Positions 46,260 to 55,516 of a stretch of 55,516 nucleotides of DNA are shown here, one piece after another. Numbering within the stretch: position 1 is the stretch's first letter; every line of letters starts with the position of its first letter. The position numbers and the translations under genes were made by a program. A model generated the notes under the pieces. It had not been told where the DNA came from. It saw only the letters and a program-made list of their open reading frames with translations, and did not search any database. This stretch comes from Mycoplasma sp. CAG:611 (GTDB taxonomy: Bacteria > Bacillota_I > Bacilli_A > RF39 > UBA660), in NCBI GenBank assembly GCA_000434175.1, contig HF999800.1, positions 60,947 to 116,462 of the forward strand, written 5' to 3'.

Positions 46260-47660
46260 ATGAACCTAGATAAAGAAGTATTTGAACTTTCAATGGATGA
46301 TATTTTACCAAATAGATTTCAACCAAGGGAAGTATTTGATGAACAAGCTTTAAATGAACTTGCTTTATCAATTAGAGAACATGGAGTAATTCAACCAATA
46401 ATAGTAAGAAAAATAGGGGATAAATATGAAATAATCGCAGGAGAAAGAAGATTTCGTGCTAGTCAAATAGCAGGTAAAAAAACTATTCCAGCATTAGTAA
46501 GAAATATAGATGATAAAGAAAGTGCTAAAATTGCTTTATTAGAAAATTTACAAAGGAAAAATTTAACTTCAATTGAAGAAGCAAGAACATATGATACAAT
46601 TTTAAAACTTGATAATATGACGCAAGAAGAACTTGCTAATAATCTTGGAAAATCACAATCTGCTGTTGCTAATAAAATAAGATTATTAAACTTAGATGAA
46701 TCAGTTCAAGATGCTTTATTAAAAGAACAAATATCAGAAAGACATGCCAGAAGTTTATTAAATGTTCCTGATAAAGCAAAGCAAAAAGAACTTTTAAATA
46801 AAGTTATAATGAATCGTATGACTGTTAAACAATTAGATGATGAAATAGCACTTTTAACAGGTAACAAATCGTCATCAGATGCTGAAGGAGGTCAAAATGT
46901 GTTAAAAGATGATTCAATATTTACATTACCTAATTTAGATAATTTAAATAACAAAGAAGAAAAACCTACGAATAATGATAATAATATAAAAAATCAAGTT
47001 AGTAATGAAATTGTTTCAAATAGCGAAGAAAAATTACCAGAATTTAATATACCTTATATTAAACCTGAAACTAGCACTTCAAATAAAATTGAAGAACCTG
47101 AAGTTAAACCTCTTGATGATAGTTTTGTAGAAAAAAGTATTTTCTTTACTAATCCAGAACCTACTAAGAAAAATGAAGATATTTCAAATTTAACAATAGA
47201 GCAAATATTAGCAAATTATAATTTAAATAATAAAAAAGTACTTGAAAAAGAAGAAAGACCTTCCTTATTTAATTTAGAAGAATCAAAAGAAGATTTATCA
47301 TCTTTAAAATCAACAGATTATAGTAATTTAATTAATCCAGTTGTGCCTGAAGAAATAAAAGAAGAACATCTTCCTGTTTTTGATGTCCCTTCTTATTCTA
47401 AAATTGAACAAACAACAGATTATCCTACTTATAACAATAAAGAAGAATCTTTAAATAATAATCTATATAATAATACTTCAAGCCAAAATATAACAAATAA
47501 AGAAAAAACAAATAACGAAGTATATGATTTAAGGTTTGCAATAAATAATTTTAGACAAGCAGTTCAAAATACAGAAAAATTTGGGTTTAAAGTTGAAACT
47601 GAAGAGTTTGATTTTGATAATGTATATCAAATTATTATTAGAATAGATAAAAATAAATAA
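46260..47660 (+). CDS. noc: Noc-like ParB-family protein with long low-complexity insert
   Basis: ParB N-domain (PNRFQPR, GERRFRA CTP motif) and an HTH with Noc-type residues (GKSQSAVANKIRLL...SERHARSLL). The C-terminal end RFAINNFRQAVQNTEKFGFKVETEEFDFDNVYQIIIRIDK parallels the B. subtilis Noc C-terminus. Its position between rsmG and soj matches Bacillus. Confidence 0.75.
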   Translation: MNLDKEVFELSMDDILPNRFQPREVFDEQALNELALSIREHGVIQPIIVRKIGDKYEIIAGERRFRASQIAGKKTIPALVRNIDDKESAKIALLENLQRKNLTSIEEARTYDTILKLDNMTQEELANNLGKSQSAVANKIRLLNLDESVQDALLKEQISERHARSLLNVPDKAKQKELLNKVIMNRMTVKQLDDEIALLTGNKSSSDAEGGQNVLKDDSIFTLPNLDNLNNKEEKPTNNDNNIKNQVSNEIVSNSEEKLPEFNIPYIKPETSTSNKIEEPEVKPLDDSFVEKSIFFTNPEPTKKNEDISNLTIEQILANYNLNNKKVLEKEERPSLFNLEESKEDLSSLKSTDYSNLINPVVPEEIKEEHLPVFDVPSYSKIEQTTDYPTYNNKEESLNNNLYNNTSSQNITNKEKTNNEVYDLRFAINNFRQAVQNTEKFGFKVETEEFDFDNVYQIIIRIDKNK

Positions 47661-47663
47661 TGC

Positions 47664-47702
47664 AAAACTATAGATAAAACGAAAATATCTATAGTTTTTT
47701 TG
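47664..47702 (+). terminator. strong intrinsic terminator after noc
   Basis: 10-bp stem ACTATAGATA/TATCTATAGT (47667-47676 and 47686-47695) followed by T7. Confidence 0.7.
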
Positions 47703-47796
47703 ATAATTTTTATATTTTTCATAAAACTCCTTTAAAAAATTTGTATTTTTTGGTAAACTATAAATAGTCGTAAATTTTAGATAGGAGTAAATAGGT

Positions 47797-48588
47797 ATGG
47801 GAAAAGTAATTTCATTAATTAATCAAAAAGGTGGCGTAGGAAAAACAACAACAAGTATAAATTTGTCAGCTTCCCTTGCGCTTTTAGATAAAAAAGTATT
47901 AATGGTGGATTTAGATCCACAATGTAACGCAACAACAGGAATAGGTATTAATAAAGGGGATATAGAAAAAAGTGTTTACAATGTTTTAAATGGAACTTGT
48001 AAAATAGAAGAAGCTATTTTAAAAACAAGATATAAAAATTTATATGTTTTACCAGCTAACCTAAATTTAGCAGGAATAGATATAGAAATAAGTGAAAAAA
48101 GTAGGGTTGATAATACATTTTTAAAACAAGAACAATTAAAAAATAGTATTGATAGAATAAAAGATTCTTTTGATTATATAATAATTGATTGTCCTCCTGC
48201 ACTTGGAATAATAACAACGAATGCTTTAACAGCATCGGATTCTGTTATAATCCCAGTGCAATGTGAATATTTTGCACTTGAAGGAATAACACAACTTTTA
48301 AAAGCAGTTAAGTTTACTCAAATGAATCTTAATTCTAATTTAAAAATAGAGGGAGTTTTATTAACAATGTTTGATGCAAGGTTAAATTTAGGACTTGAAG
48401 TAGTTGAAGAAATAAGAAAATATTTTCAAGACAAAGTATATAATACCATAATACCAAGACTTGTTAGATTAACTGAAGCACCATCGCATGGAAAACCAAT
48501 TATTGCATATGATCCAAAATCTCGTGGGTCTGAAGCATATTTAAATTTAGCTAAAGAGGTGATAGAAAAAAATGAAAGAGGAGAATAA
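47797..48588 (+). CDS. soj: chromosome partitioning ATPase ParA/Soj
   Basis: Deviant Walker A NQKGGVGKTTT, with DLDPQ and IDCPP motifs. Confidence 0.96.
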   Translation: MGKVISLINQKGGVGKTTTSINLSASLALLDKKVLMVDLDPQCNATTGIGINKGDIEKSVYNVLNGTCKIEEAILKTRYKNLYVLPANLNLAGIDIEISEKSRVDNTFLKQEQLKNSIDRIKDSFDYIIIDCPPALGIITTNALTASDSVIIPVQCEYFALEGITQLLKAVKFTQMNLNSNLKIEGVLLTMFDARLNLGLEVVEEIRKYFQDKVYNTIIPRLVRLTEAPSHGKPIIAYDPKSRGSEAYLNLAKEVIEKNERGE

Positions 48589-49453
48589 AAGAAGAGCTCT
48601 AGGAAGGGGCTTAGAAGAATTGTTTTCAATTGAAGATATCAACTATGGTAATTTAGAAGAAAAAATAATGGAAACCGTACATGAAGAAGAAATTCAAGAA
48701 CTTCCATTAAATGAATTAAGGGTTAACCCTTATCAACCTAGAAAGACATTTAACGAAGAAAGTTTAAATGAACTTGCAGAAAGTATTAAAGAGCATGGTG
48801 TTTTCCAACCAATTATTGTTAAAAAAAGTATTAAAGGTTATGAAATAGTCGCAGGAGAAAGAAGATTTCGCGCTTCTAAATTAGCAGGAAAAGAAACAAT
48901 ACCTGCTATTGTAAGAAATTTTACTGATGAAGAAATGATGGAGATTGCGGTATTAGAAAACTTACAAAGAGAAAATTTAAATGCTGTAGATGAAGCAAAT
49001 GCGTACAAAACTCTTATGGAAAATCTACATTTGACACAAGATCAAGTTTCAAAAAGAGTTAATAAAAGTAGAAGTCATATAACAAATTTACTTGGAATAC
49101 TTGCTTTACCTGAAGATGTTTTAACTTTAGTAAAAGAAAATAAATTAACTATGGGTCATGCAAGATGTTTATCAAAACTTAGTGATATTGAAAAAATTAA
49201 TGAATTAACTAAAAAAGTACTTGAAGAAAATTTAAGTGTAAGAGAACTTGAGGCTTTAGCAAGTGGTGAAGAAATAGAAAGAAAAAACAAAATAGTTAAA
49301 AAACCTAAATCTAATGAATACACATCACTTGAAAAAGAATTAACAGAATATTATGGCACAAAAGTTAAGATTGCTAACAAAAAATTAATTATTAGTTTTG
49401 AAAATAACCAAGATTTAAATAGAATATTAGAAATGATTAACTATAATAAATAA
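48572..49453 (+). CDS. spo0J: chromosome partitioning protein ParB/Spo0J
   Basis: RALGRGL start, NPYQPRK, the GERRFRA CTP motif, and an HTH with ParB-type residues (NKSRSHITNLLGILALP...TMGHARCL). Confidence 0.93.
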   Translation: MKEENKRRALGRGLEELFSIEDINYGNLEEKIMETVHEEEIQELPLNELRVNPYQPRKTFNEESLNELAESIKEHGVFQPIIVKKSIKGYEIVAGERRFRASKLAGKETIPAIVRNFTDEEMMEIAVLENLQRENLNAVDEANAYKTLMENLHLTQDQVSKRVNKSRSHITNLLGILALPEDVLTLVKENKLTMGHARCLSKLSDIEKINELTKKVLEENLSVRELEALASGEEIERKNKIVKKPKSNEYTSLEKELTEYYGTKVKIANKKLIISFENNQDLNRILEMINYNK

Positions 49454-49463
49454 GAAGGTTATT

Positions 49464-49649
49464 ATGGAAAAAAATTATAATATTAATACTAAAGTAATAA
49501 TGAAAAAAGGACATCCTTGTGGTACAAATTTATGGGAAATAGTAAGACTTGGTGCTGATATTAAAATAAAATGTATAAATTGTGGTAGAATTGTTATGTT
49601 ACCAAGAATGGAATTTAATAAAAAAATTAAAAAAATAGTAGAGGAGTAA
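49464..49649 (+). CDS. DUF951 family small protein (YyzM-like)
   Basis: 61 aa with KKGHPCG...WEI.R.GADIK.KC..CGR..M..R..F motifs. It lies downstream of spo0J as in Bacillus. Confidence 0.7.
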   Translation: MEKNYNINTKVIMKKGHPCGTNLWEIVRLGADIKIKCINCGRIVMLPRMEFNKKIKKIVEE

Positions 49650-49652
49650 CTT

Positions 49653-51245
49653 ATGGCAAAGAGAAAATTAAAAAAAATTACTTTACATCCAATAACAAGT
49701 TTTGTTTTATTAATTGTTGGTGTAATTCTTTTAAGTTTTATATTAAGTTTGTTTAATGTATCTGCTACATATTCAAATATAAATATAGCAACAGGAGCTT
49801 TAGAAAAAACACTTGTATCTGTTAATAATTTACTTAGTTATGATGGAATGAAAATGGTTATAAGTAATGCTGCAACTAACTTTATAAGTTCATCACCACT
49901 TAGTACTTTAATAATAACATTAATAGGTCTTAAAATAGCAGAAAAAACAGGATTAATTCAAGCATTTATGAAAAAAAGAATAATTAAAATTAATCCAAAA
50001 GCATTAACTTTTATAATAATATTAATGTCTATTTTTTCAAGTATTGTTAATGAAGTTGGTTATGCACTTTTAATACCATTAGCAGCTTTATTATTCTTAT
50101 TTAATGGAAGAAATCCATTAGCAGGAATAGCAGCAGCTTTTGCAGGAGTTGCTTTTGGTTATAGTATAAGTTTCTTTGTAGGATCTATTGATATAGATTT
50201 AATACCATATACACAGGCCTCTGCAAGGTTAATTGATAGTGAATTTTATGTTAGAATGACATCTAATTTATTTATAATGATAGTATCATCTTTCTTAATT
50301 GCACTTATAGCTACATTAATAACTGAAAAAATTATTGTAAAAAAATTAGGAAGATATGTTGCTAAAACAAGAGATGATTTGGGACAAACTAAAGAAATAG
50401 AATATCTTGATTTACAATATGAAGAAGAAAAGAAAATAAAAGAAGAGGCATTACAAAAGAAGGGTTTAAAATCTGCTAAAATAGTAGGTATTATCGTAAT
50501 AATTCTATTTGTATATATGATAATACCAGGACTTCCTTTATCAGGAATGTTACTTGATTTAAAACAAAGCGCTTATGTCAATCAATTATTTGGAAAAAAT
50601 TCATATTTTCAAGATGGATTTACTTATATGATGAGTATATTTTTTGGCATAACTGGTATAGCTTATGGAATAAGTGCTAAGACAATAAAAAATGATAAAG
50701 ATTTATTTAATAAATTAAAAGAAAGTTTAAGTGAACTTGGAATAATCATTGTTATGATATTCTTTGCTTCTCAATTTATTGCAATATTTAAAGAATCTAA
50801 TATAGGAACAGTAATCGCAGCAACTATGGCTAATATATTACAAAGTTTACCTTTTAGTGGAGCAGCTTTAATAATCGTAGCAATTATCTTAATTGCAATT
50901 TCAAATATTTTTGTAACAGGTTCCATATCAAAATGGGTAATATTTTCATCTACGATGGTTCCTACATTTATGCAACTTGGTATTTCTCCTCAATTTACAC
51001 AATTTATTTTTAGAGCAGCAGAGTCTATGACTAATGGTATAACCCCACTTCTTGCTTATTTTGTTGTTTATTTAGGATATATGAATATTTATAATAAAGA
51101 TTACGAAAAACCAATTACAATAAGAAAAGGACTATCTATTATGGTACCATATTTTATAGGAATATCTTTAACATGGTTGTTTATTATTCTAATGTGGTAT
51201 ATAATAGGACTTCCACTTGGCCCAGGAGTTTACCCAAGTTTATAA
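49653..51245 (+). CDS. AbgT family (p-aminobenzoyl-glutamate-type) transporter
   Basis: About 530-aa polytopic protein. GYALLIPLAALLFLFNGRNPLAGIAAAFAGVAFGYS matches the AbgT signature region. Confidence 0.75.
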   Translation: MAKRKLKKITLHPITSFVLLIVGVILLSFILSLFNVSATYSNINIATGALEKTLVSVNNLLSYDGMKMVISNAATNFISSSPLSTLIITLIGLKIAEKTGLIQAFMKKRIIKINPKALTFIIILMSIFSSIVNEVGYALLIPLAALLFLFNGRNPLAGIAAAFAGVAFGYSISFFVGSIDIDLIPYTQASARLIDSEFYVRMTSNLFIMIVSSFLIALIATLITEKIIVKKLGRYVAKTRDDLGQTKEIEYLDLQYEEEKKIKEEALQKKGLKSAKIVGIIVIILFVYMIIPGLPLSGMLLDLKQSAYVNQLFGKNSYFQDGFTYMMSIFFGITGIAYGISAKTIKNDKDLFNKLKESLSELGIIIVMIFFASQFIAIFKESNIGTVIAATMANILQSLPFSGAALIIVAIILIAISNIFVTGSISKWVIFSSTMVPTFMQLGISPQFTQFIFRAAESMTNGITPLLAYFVVYLGYMNIYNKDYEKPITIRKGLSIMVPYFIGISLTWLFIILMWYIIGLPLGPGVYPSL

Positions 51246-51260
51246 TAAGGAGGAAGAATT

Positions 51261-52358
51261 ATGAGTTTAAAAGCTGGTATTGTAGGACTTCCAAATGTTG
51301 GAAAGTCCACTTTATTTAATGCCATTACAAAGAAAAATATTTTAGTAGCAAATTATCCTTTTGCTACAATTGAACCAAATGTAGGAATAGTAACAGTTCC
51401 CGATGAAAGATTAGGACATCTTGAAGAAATATATATTCCTGAAGAATTAAAACCTGCAACTTTTGAATTTGTTGATATCGCAGGAATAGTAAAAGGGGCA
51501 TCTTTAGGTGAAGGCCTTGGAAATAAATTTTTATCTCATATTCGTGAAGTCGACGCTATTGTAGAAGTAGTAAGATGTTTTGATGATAAAGAAATAACAC
51601 ATGTTGATGGAAGTGTTGACCCTATAAGAGATGTTGAAGTAATTAATTTAGAATTAGCCCTAGCAGATTTAGAAATAATAAATAATAGAATAGATAAAAT
51701 AAAGAAAAAAGCAGAAACAACGAAAGAAAAAGAAACTGTTTTAGAATATAATGCTCTTACTAAGGCAAAAGAAGCTTTAGAAAAGGATATTCCATTAAGA
51801 TTGGTAGATTTTACAAAAGATGAAATGTTTGCTATAAAAGGATTTAACTTTTTAACATTAAAACCTCATATTTATTTAGCTAATATAAGTGAAAATGAAA
51901 TAAAATTAGAAAATGATTATGTTAAAAAATTAAAAGAATATGCTAAAGGTGAAAATTCAAAAGTAATTGTGGTATCTGCTAAAATAGAAAGTGAACTTGC
52001 AGAACTTGAAGATAGTGATAAGGAAGAAATGTTAAAAGATTTAGGTATTGAAAAAAGTGGTTTAGATAAGTTAATTGAAGAATCATATAATTTACTTGGA
52101 TTAAAAACATATTTTACATGTGGTCCTAAAGAAGTTAAAGCATGGACTTATAAAGATGGAATGAACGCTAAAGAATGTGCTGGAATTATTCATAGTGATT
52201 TTGAAAAAGGATTTATAAAAGCAGAAGTAATAAGCTATAATGATTTAATTGAAGCAGGATCAGAACTTAAAGTGAAAGAAAATGGCAAATTTAGAATTGA
52301 AGGTAAAGAGTATTTAATGCAAGATGGAGATATTTGTCATTTTAGATTTAATTTGTAA
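51261..52358 (+). CDS. ychF: redox-regulated ATPase YchF
   Basis: GIVGLPNVGKSTLFNA G1 motif, DIAGIVKGAS, and a C-terminal TGS-like domain ending HFRFN. Confidence 0.96.
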   Translation: MSLKAGIVGLPNVGKSTLFNAITKKNILVANYPFATIEPNVGIVTVPDERLGHLEEIYIPEELKPATFEFVDIAGIVKGASLGEGLGNKFLSHIREVDAIVEVVRCFDDKEITHVDGSVDPIRDVEVINLELALADLEIINNRIDKIKKKAETTKEKETVLEYNALTKAKEALEKDIPLRLVDFTKDEMFAIKGFNFLTLKPHIYLANISENEIKLENDYVKKLKEYAKGENSKVIVVSAKIESELAELEDSDKEEMLKDLGIEKSGLDKLIEESYNLLGLKTYFTCGPKEVKAWTYKDGMNAKECAGIIHSDFEKGFIKAEVISYNDLIEAGSELKVKENGKFRIEGKEYLMQDGDICHFRFNL

Positions 52359-52958
52359 ATGAATGAAAATTATGATAATTTTAAATCCTATTTTACAAAT
52401 GAAGATGAATTTAATTCGTGGTATGAAATAGTTAAGGATATATTAAATAATGAAGAGTTTAAAAAAAGAGTGTATTTTAAACATCATGAAAAACAAAGTT
52501 TATATACGCACTCTCTTTTAGTGTCAATTTTTGCTTATAAATATGCTAAAAAGCATCATGCTGATTATAAAGTTTGTGCCATTGCAGGACTTTTGCATGA
52601 TTTTTATACTCATGCATGGCAATATAGTAAAGAGTTAGATAATTTAGATAGAAAATATAGTGAAAATTTAAAGAAAAAAAAGAAATTTTCAACATTACAT
52701 GCATTTATACATCCATATGAAGCACTTATTAATAGTAATACTTATTTTAGTAATCTTATAAATGAAAAAGTAGAAAATGCAATACTTGTTCATATGTTTC
52801 CGCTTTCTTTGTTTAATAAAGTAAAACTTCCAAAATATAAAGAAAGTTGGATAATAACATACATAGATAAAGCAGTATCTTTAAAGGATTTTCCTAATAT
52901 AAAAGAAATACCTAAGTATTTAGGATTAAAAAATATTAAAAATAAGAACAAAAAATAG
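52359..52958 (+). CDS. HD-domain phosphohydrolase family protein
   Basis: H..HS...LLHD pattern (YTHSLLVS...IAGLLHDFY). Its start abuts the ychF stop. Confidence 0.65.
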   Translation: MNENYDNFKSYFTNEDEFNSWYEIVKDILNNEEFKKRVYFKHHEKQSLYTHSLLVSIFAYKYAKKHHADYKVCAIAGLLHDFYTHAWQYSKELDNLDRKYSENLKKKKKFSTLHAFIHPYEALINSNTYFSNLINEKVENAILVHMFPLSLFNKVKLPKYKESWIITYIDKAVSLKDFPNIKEIPKYLGLKNIKNKNKK

Positions 52959-53028
52959 AATTTATTTTTTGTTTTTATATAATTATGTGATAAAATATAT
53001 TTATAGGTATTTATGAAGGAGGATGTAT

Positions 53029-55516
53029 ATGGGTATACTTAAAGTATTTGATCATGAATATAAAGAATTAAAAAGGTTTGAAAAAATTGTAGAAGAAATT
53101 GATGCTTTAGAAGAAGAATATAAAAAATTAAGTGATGAAGAATTAAAACACAAAACTGTAGAGTTTAAAGAAAGACTTAAAAATGGTGAAACTTTAGAAG
53201 ATATTAAAGTTGAAGCTTTTGCTACTGCTCGTGAAGCTTGTGCAAGAGTAATTGGTGAAAGACCATATAAAGTTCAATTATTGGGTGGTTTAGCGATTCA
53301 TTATGGTAATATAGCAGAAATGAAAACAGGTGAAGGTAAAACATTAACATCAGTTATGCCTGCGTATTTAAATGCTCTTGAAGGAAATGGGGTTCATATA
53401 ATTACGGTTAATGAATACTTGTCAACTCGTGATAGTAATTGGATGGGAGAAATTCATAGGTTTTTAGGTTTAACTGTAGGTTTAAATTTAAGAGAATTAT
53501 CATCAAAAGAAAAACAAGAACAATACGCTTGTGATATTTTATACACAACAAATAATGAAGTTGGTTTTGATTATTTAAGAGATAATATGGCTATTAGAAA
53601 AGAAGATAGAGTACAACGTCCACTTAATTTCGCTATTGTAGATGAAGTTGATTCTGTATTAATAGATGAAGCAAGAACGCCTTTAATTATTTCAGGAGGT
53701 ACTTTAGAAAATAAAAATTTATATATCGAAGCAGATAGATTTGTAAAAACATTAAAAAAGGAAAAAGATTATATAATTGATGAAAAAACAAAAAAAGTAA
53801 ATCTTACTGATGAGGGTGTAAAACTTGCTGAAAATTATTATCATATTAGTAATTTATATGATATGGATAATACTAGTTTAGTCCATTTTATAAATCAAGC
53901 ATTGCATGCAAATTATTCTATGAAAAATGATGTTGATTATGTAGTTCAAAATGGTGAAATTATAATCGTAGATCAATTTACTGGTAGATTGATGCCAGGA
54001 AGAGCATTTTCTGAAGGATTACATCAAGCTATCGAGGCTAAAGAGGGTGTAGCAATCGAACAAGAAACAAAAACACTTGCTACAATAACATTTCAAAATT
54101 TATTTAGAATGTATAAAAAATTAAGTGGTATGACAGGTACTGCAAAAACAGAAGAAGAAGAATTTAGAAATATATATAATATGTATGTAATTACTATTCC
54201 TACAAATAGACCAGTTCAAAGAATTGATATGCCTGATCTTATTTACGCTAATAAAAATGCTAAGTATAATGCTATTGTAAAAGAAATAGAAGAACGCCAT
54301 AAAAAAGGACAACCAGTTTTAGTGGGAACAATAGCTATTGAAACGAGTGAAGAAATAGGAACTTTACTTCGTAAAAAAGGTATTCCACATGAAATATTAA
54401 ATGCTAAAAATCATGCTCGTGAAGCTGAAATAATAGCAAAAGCTGGAGAAAAAGGTGCAGTTACAATTGCAACTAATATGGCAGGTCGTGGAACAGATAT
54501 TAAATTAGGAGAAGGAGTAAAAGAACTTGGAGGACTTTGTGTACTTGGTACAGAAAGACATGAATCAAGAAGAATTGATAACCAACTTCGTGGTAGAAGT
54601 GGACGTCAAGGAGATCCAGGATATTCTCAATTTTATATAGCTATGGATGATGATCTTATGAGAAGGTTTGGTTCTGATAGAATTAAAATGATTATGGAAT
54701 CAACTGGTATGCAAGATGAAATGGCTATAAGAAGTAAGATGTTTAGTAAATCTGTTGAATCAGCACAAAAAAGAGTTGAAGGAAATAATTTTGATAATAG
54801 AAAACATATTTTAGATTATGATAATGTTGTAAGTACACAAAGAGAAAGTATTTATAATAAAAGAAATGAAATATTAGATAAAGAAAGCGTACATGAAGAT
54901 GTACTAGAAAGTATGAAAAATCATGTTGTCGATATTGTTGAATCTCACCTTGATGAAAAAGATAATCTAAAAGAGGAAGATAAAAAAGATATTATAGATT
55001 ATATTAATAATAATTTATTAAGAAATAAGGTAAAAGAAAAAGAACTTGAAGGTAAAAATGTTGATGAAATAATTTCATTATTAAGTGATAAAGTAGTAAG
55101 TGAATACGAAAACAAAATAAAAGATTTACCAATTGAAATAACTAATGAATTTGAAAAAGTAATAAGTTTAAATGTTATTGATAAATATTGGATGGAACAA
55201 ATAACTACGATGTCACATTTAATGGAGGGTATTGTTTTAAGACAATATGCACAAGATAATCCACTTCGTGCTTATACGATGGAAGGTTATGATTTGTATG
55301 AAAAGATGTTAGAAAATATTGATAAATATATAACATTATATCTTTTAAGAGCAGAAATAAGACAAAATGTTGAAAGAAAACAAGTTGTAAAACCAACTGG
55401 TACAAATAGAAGTGATGAAACTGCTAAAGTTCATACTAAAGTAAAAAAAGAAAAAATAGGTAGAAATGATCCATGTCCTTGTGGAAGTGGTAAGAAATAT
55501 AAGCAGTGTTGTGGTA
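53029..55516 (+). CDS. secA: preprotein translocase ATPase SecA (3' end just beyond window)
   Basis: Reads MGILKVFDHEYKELKRF..., MKTGEGKTL Walker A, VDEVDSVLIDEARTPLIIS, TNMAGRGTDI, and a C-terminal zinc motif CPCGSGKKYKQCCG at the window edge. It has no stop codon, so it is absent from the ORF track. GGAGG RBS. Confidence 0.97.
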   Translation, partial: MGILKVFDHEYKELKRFEKIVEEIDALEEEYKKLSDEELKHKTVEFKERLKNGETLEDIKVEAFATAREACARVIGERPYKVQLLGGLAIHYGNIAEMKTGEGKTLTSVMPAYLNALEGNGVHIITVNEYLSTRDSNWMGEIHRFLGLTVGLNLRELSSKEKQEQYACDILYTTNNEVGFDYLRDNMAIRKEDRVQRPLNFAIVDEVDSVLIDEARTPLIISGGTLENKNLYIEADRFVKTLKKEKDYIIDEKTKKVNLTDEGVKLAENYYHISNLYDMDNTSLVHFINQALHANYSMKNDVDYVVQNGEIIIVDQFTGRLMPGRAFSEGLHQAIEAKEGVAIEQETKTLATITFQNLFRMYKKLSGMTGTAKTEEEEFRNIYNMYVITIPTNRPVQRIDMPDLIYANKNAKYNAIVKEIEERHKKGQPVLVGTIAIETSEEIGTLLRKKGIPHEILNAKNHAREAEIIAKAGEKGAVTIATNMAGRGTDIKLGEGVKELGGLCVLGTERHESRRIDNQLRGRSGRQGDPGYSQFYIAMDDDLMRRFGSDRIKMIMESTGMQDEMAIRSKMFSKSVESAQKRVEGNNFDNRKHILDYDNVVSTQRESIYNKRNEILDKESVHEDVLESMKNHVVDIVESHLDEKDNLKEEDKKDIIDYINNNLLRNKVKEKELEGKNVDEIISLLSDKVVSEYENKIKDLPIEITNEFEKVISLNVIDKYWMEQITTMSHLMEGIVLRQYAQDNPLRAYTMEGYDLYEKMLENIDKYITLYLLRAEIRQNVERKQVVKPTGTNRSDETAKVHTKVKKEKIGRNDPCPCGSGKKYKQCCG

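Noticed and set aside
1-55516. Alternative genetic code (UGA read as Trp, as in Mollicutes), suggested by the very low GC and the minimal SRP RNA.
   Set aside because: Standard-code translation gives full-length, motif-complete proteins (Mfd 1072 aa, GyrA 838 aa, SecA over 829 aa). Conserved Trp positions are TGG, and there is no sign of ORFs split at TGA.

Overview
This window is the replication-origin neighbourhood of a very AT-rich Bacillota (Firmicutes) chromosome that carries endospore genes. AT-richness was judged by eye, not computed. The genetic code is standard: Trp is TGG, and long ORFs such as mfd (1072 aa) are intact.

Gene orientation:
- From 1 to 35180 almost every gene is on the minus strand: dusB', ftsH, tilS, divIC, yabQ, yabP, whiA, veg, yabG, rsmA, a 7-gene SipW locus, tatD, metG with a T-box leader, spoVT, mfd, pth, yaaT, holB, bofA, recR, ybaB, dnaX, tadA, ffs, gyrA, gyrB, recF, a comK-like gene, dnaN and dnaA.
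- From 35619 onward everything is on the plus strand except one 2-gene insert. The order is an ABC-2 transporter operon, rpmH, rnpA, yidC, jag, mnmE, mnmG, rsmG, [xre plus Bro-N/DinD-like on the minus strand], noc-like, soj, spo0J, DUF951, abgT-family, ychF, an HD-domain gene and secA'.
- The strand switch at 35.2-35.6 kb next to dnaA marks oriC.

Most notable observations:
1. Three copies of a ~175-bp intergenic cassette (25141-26301) each carry two perfect parS palindromes flanking one perfect Noc-binding-site palindrome. That gives 6 parS and 3 NBS in 1.15 kb. The cognate ParB and Noc-like proteins are encoded in the same window.
2. The regions flanking dnaA contain no canonical TTATCCACA DnaA box but are packed with TTATTAAC motifs. 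The DnaA DNA-binding helix reads GGKNHATVMH instead of the near-universal GGRDHTTV.
3. A SipW-type signal peptidase locus (8391-13151) encodes three paralogous TasA/camelysin-like secreted proteins and three uncharacterised membrane proteins. It is inserted between tatD and rsmA.
4. Smaller insertions break otherwise conserved synteny: an ABC-2 operon between oriC and rpmH, xre plus Bro-N/DinD-like between rsmG and noc, and a ComK-family gene where yaaA normally sits.

Limits: all calls come from reading the sequence and ORF track and from remembered family signatures. No database search was run. Coordinates of short sites were hand-counted from the numbered lines.
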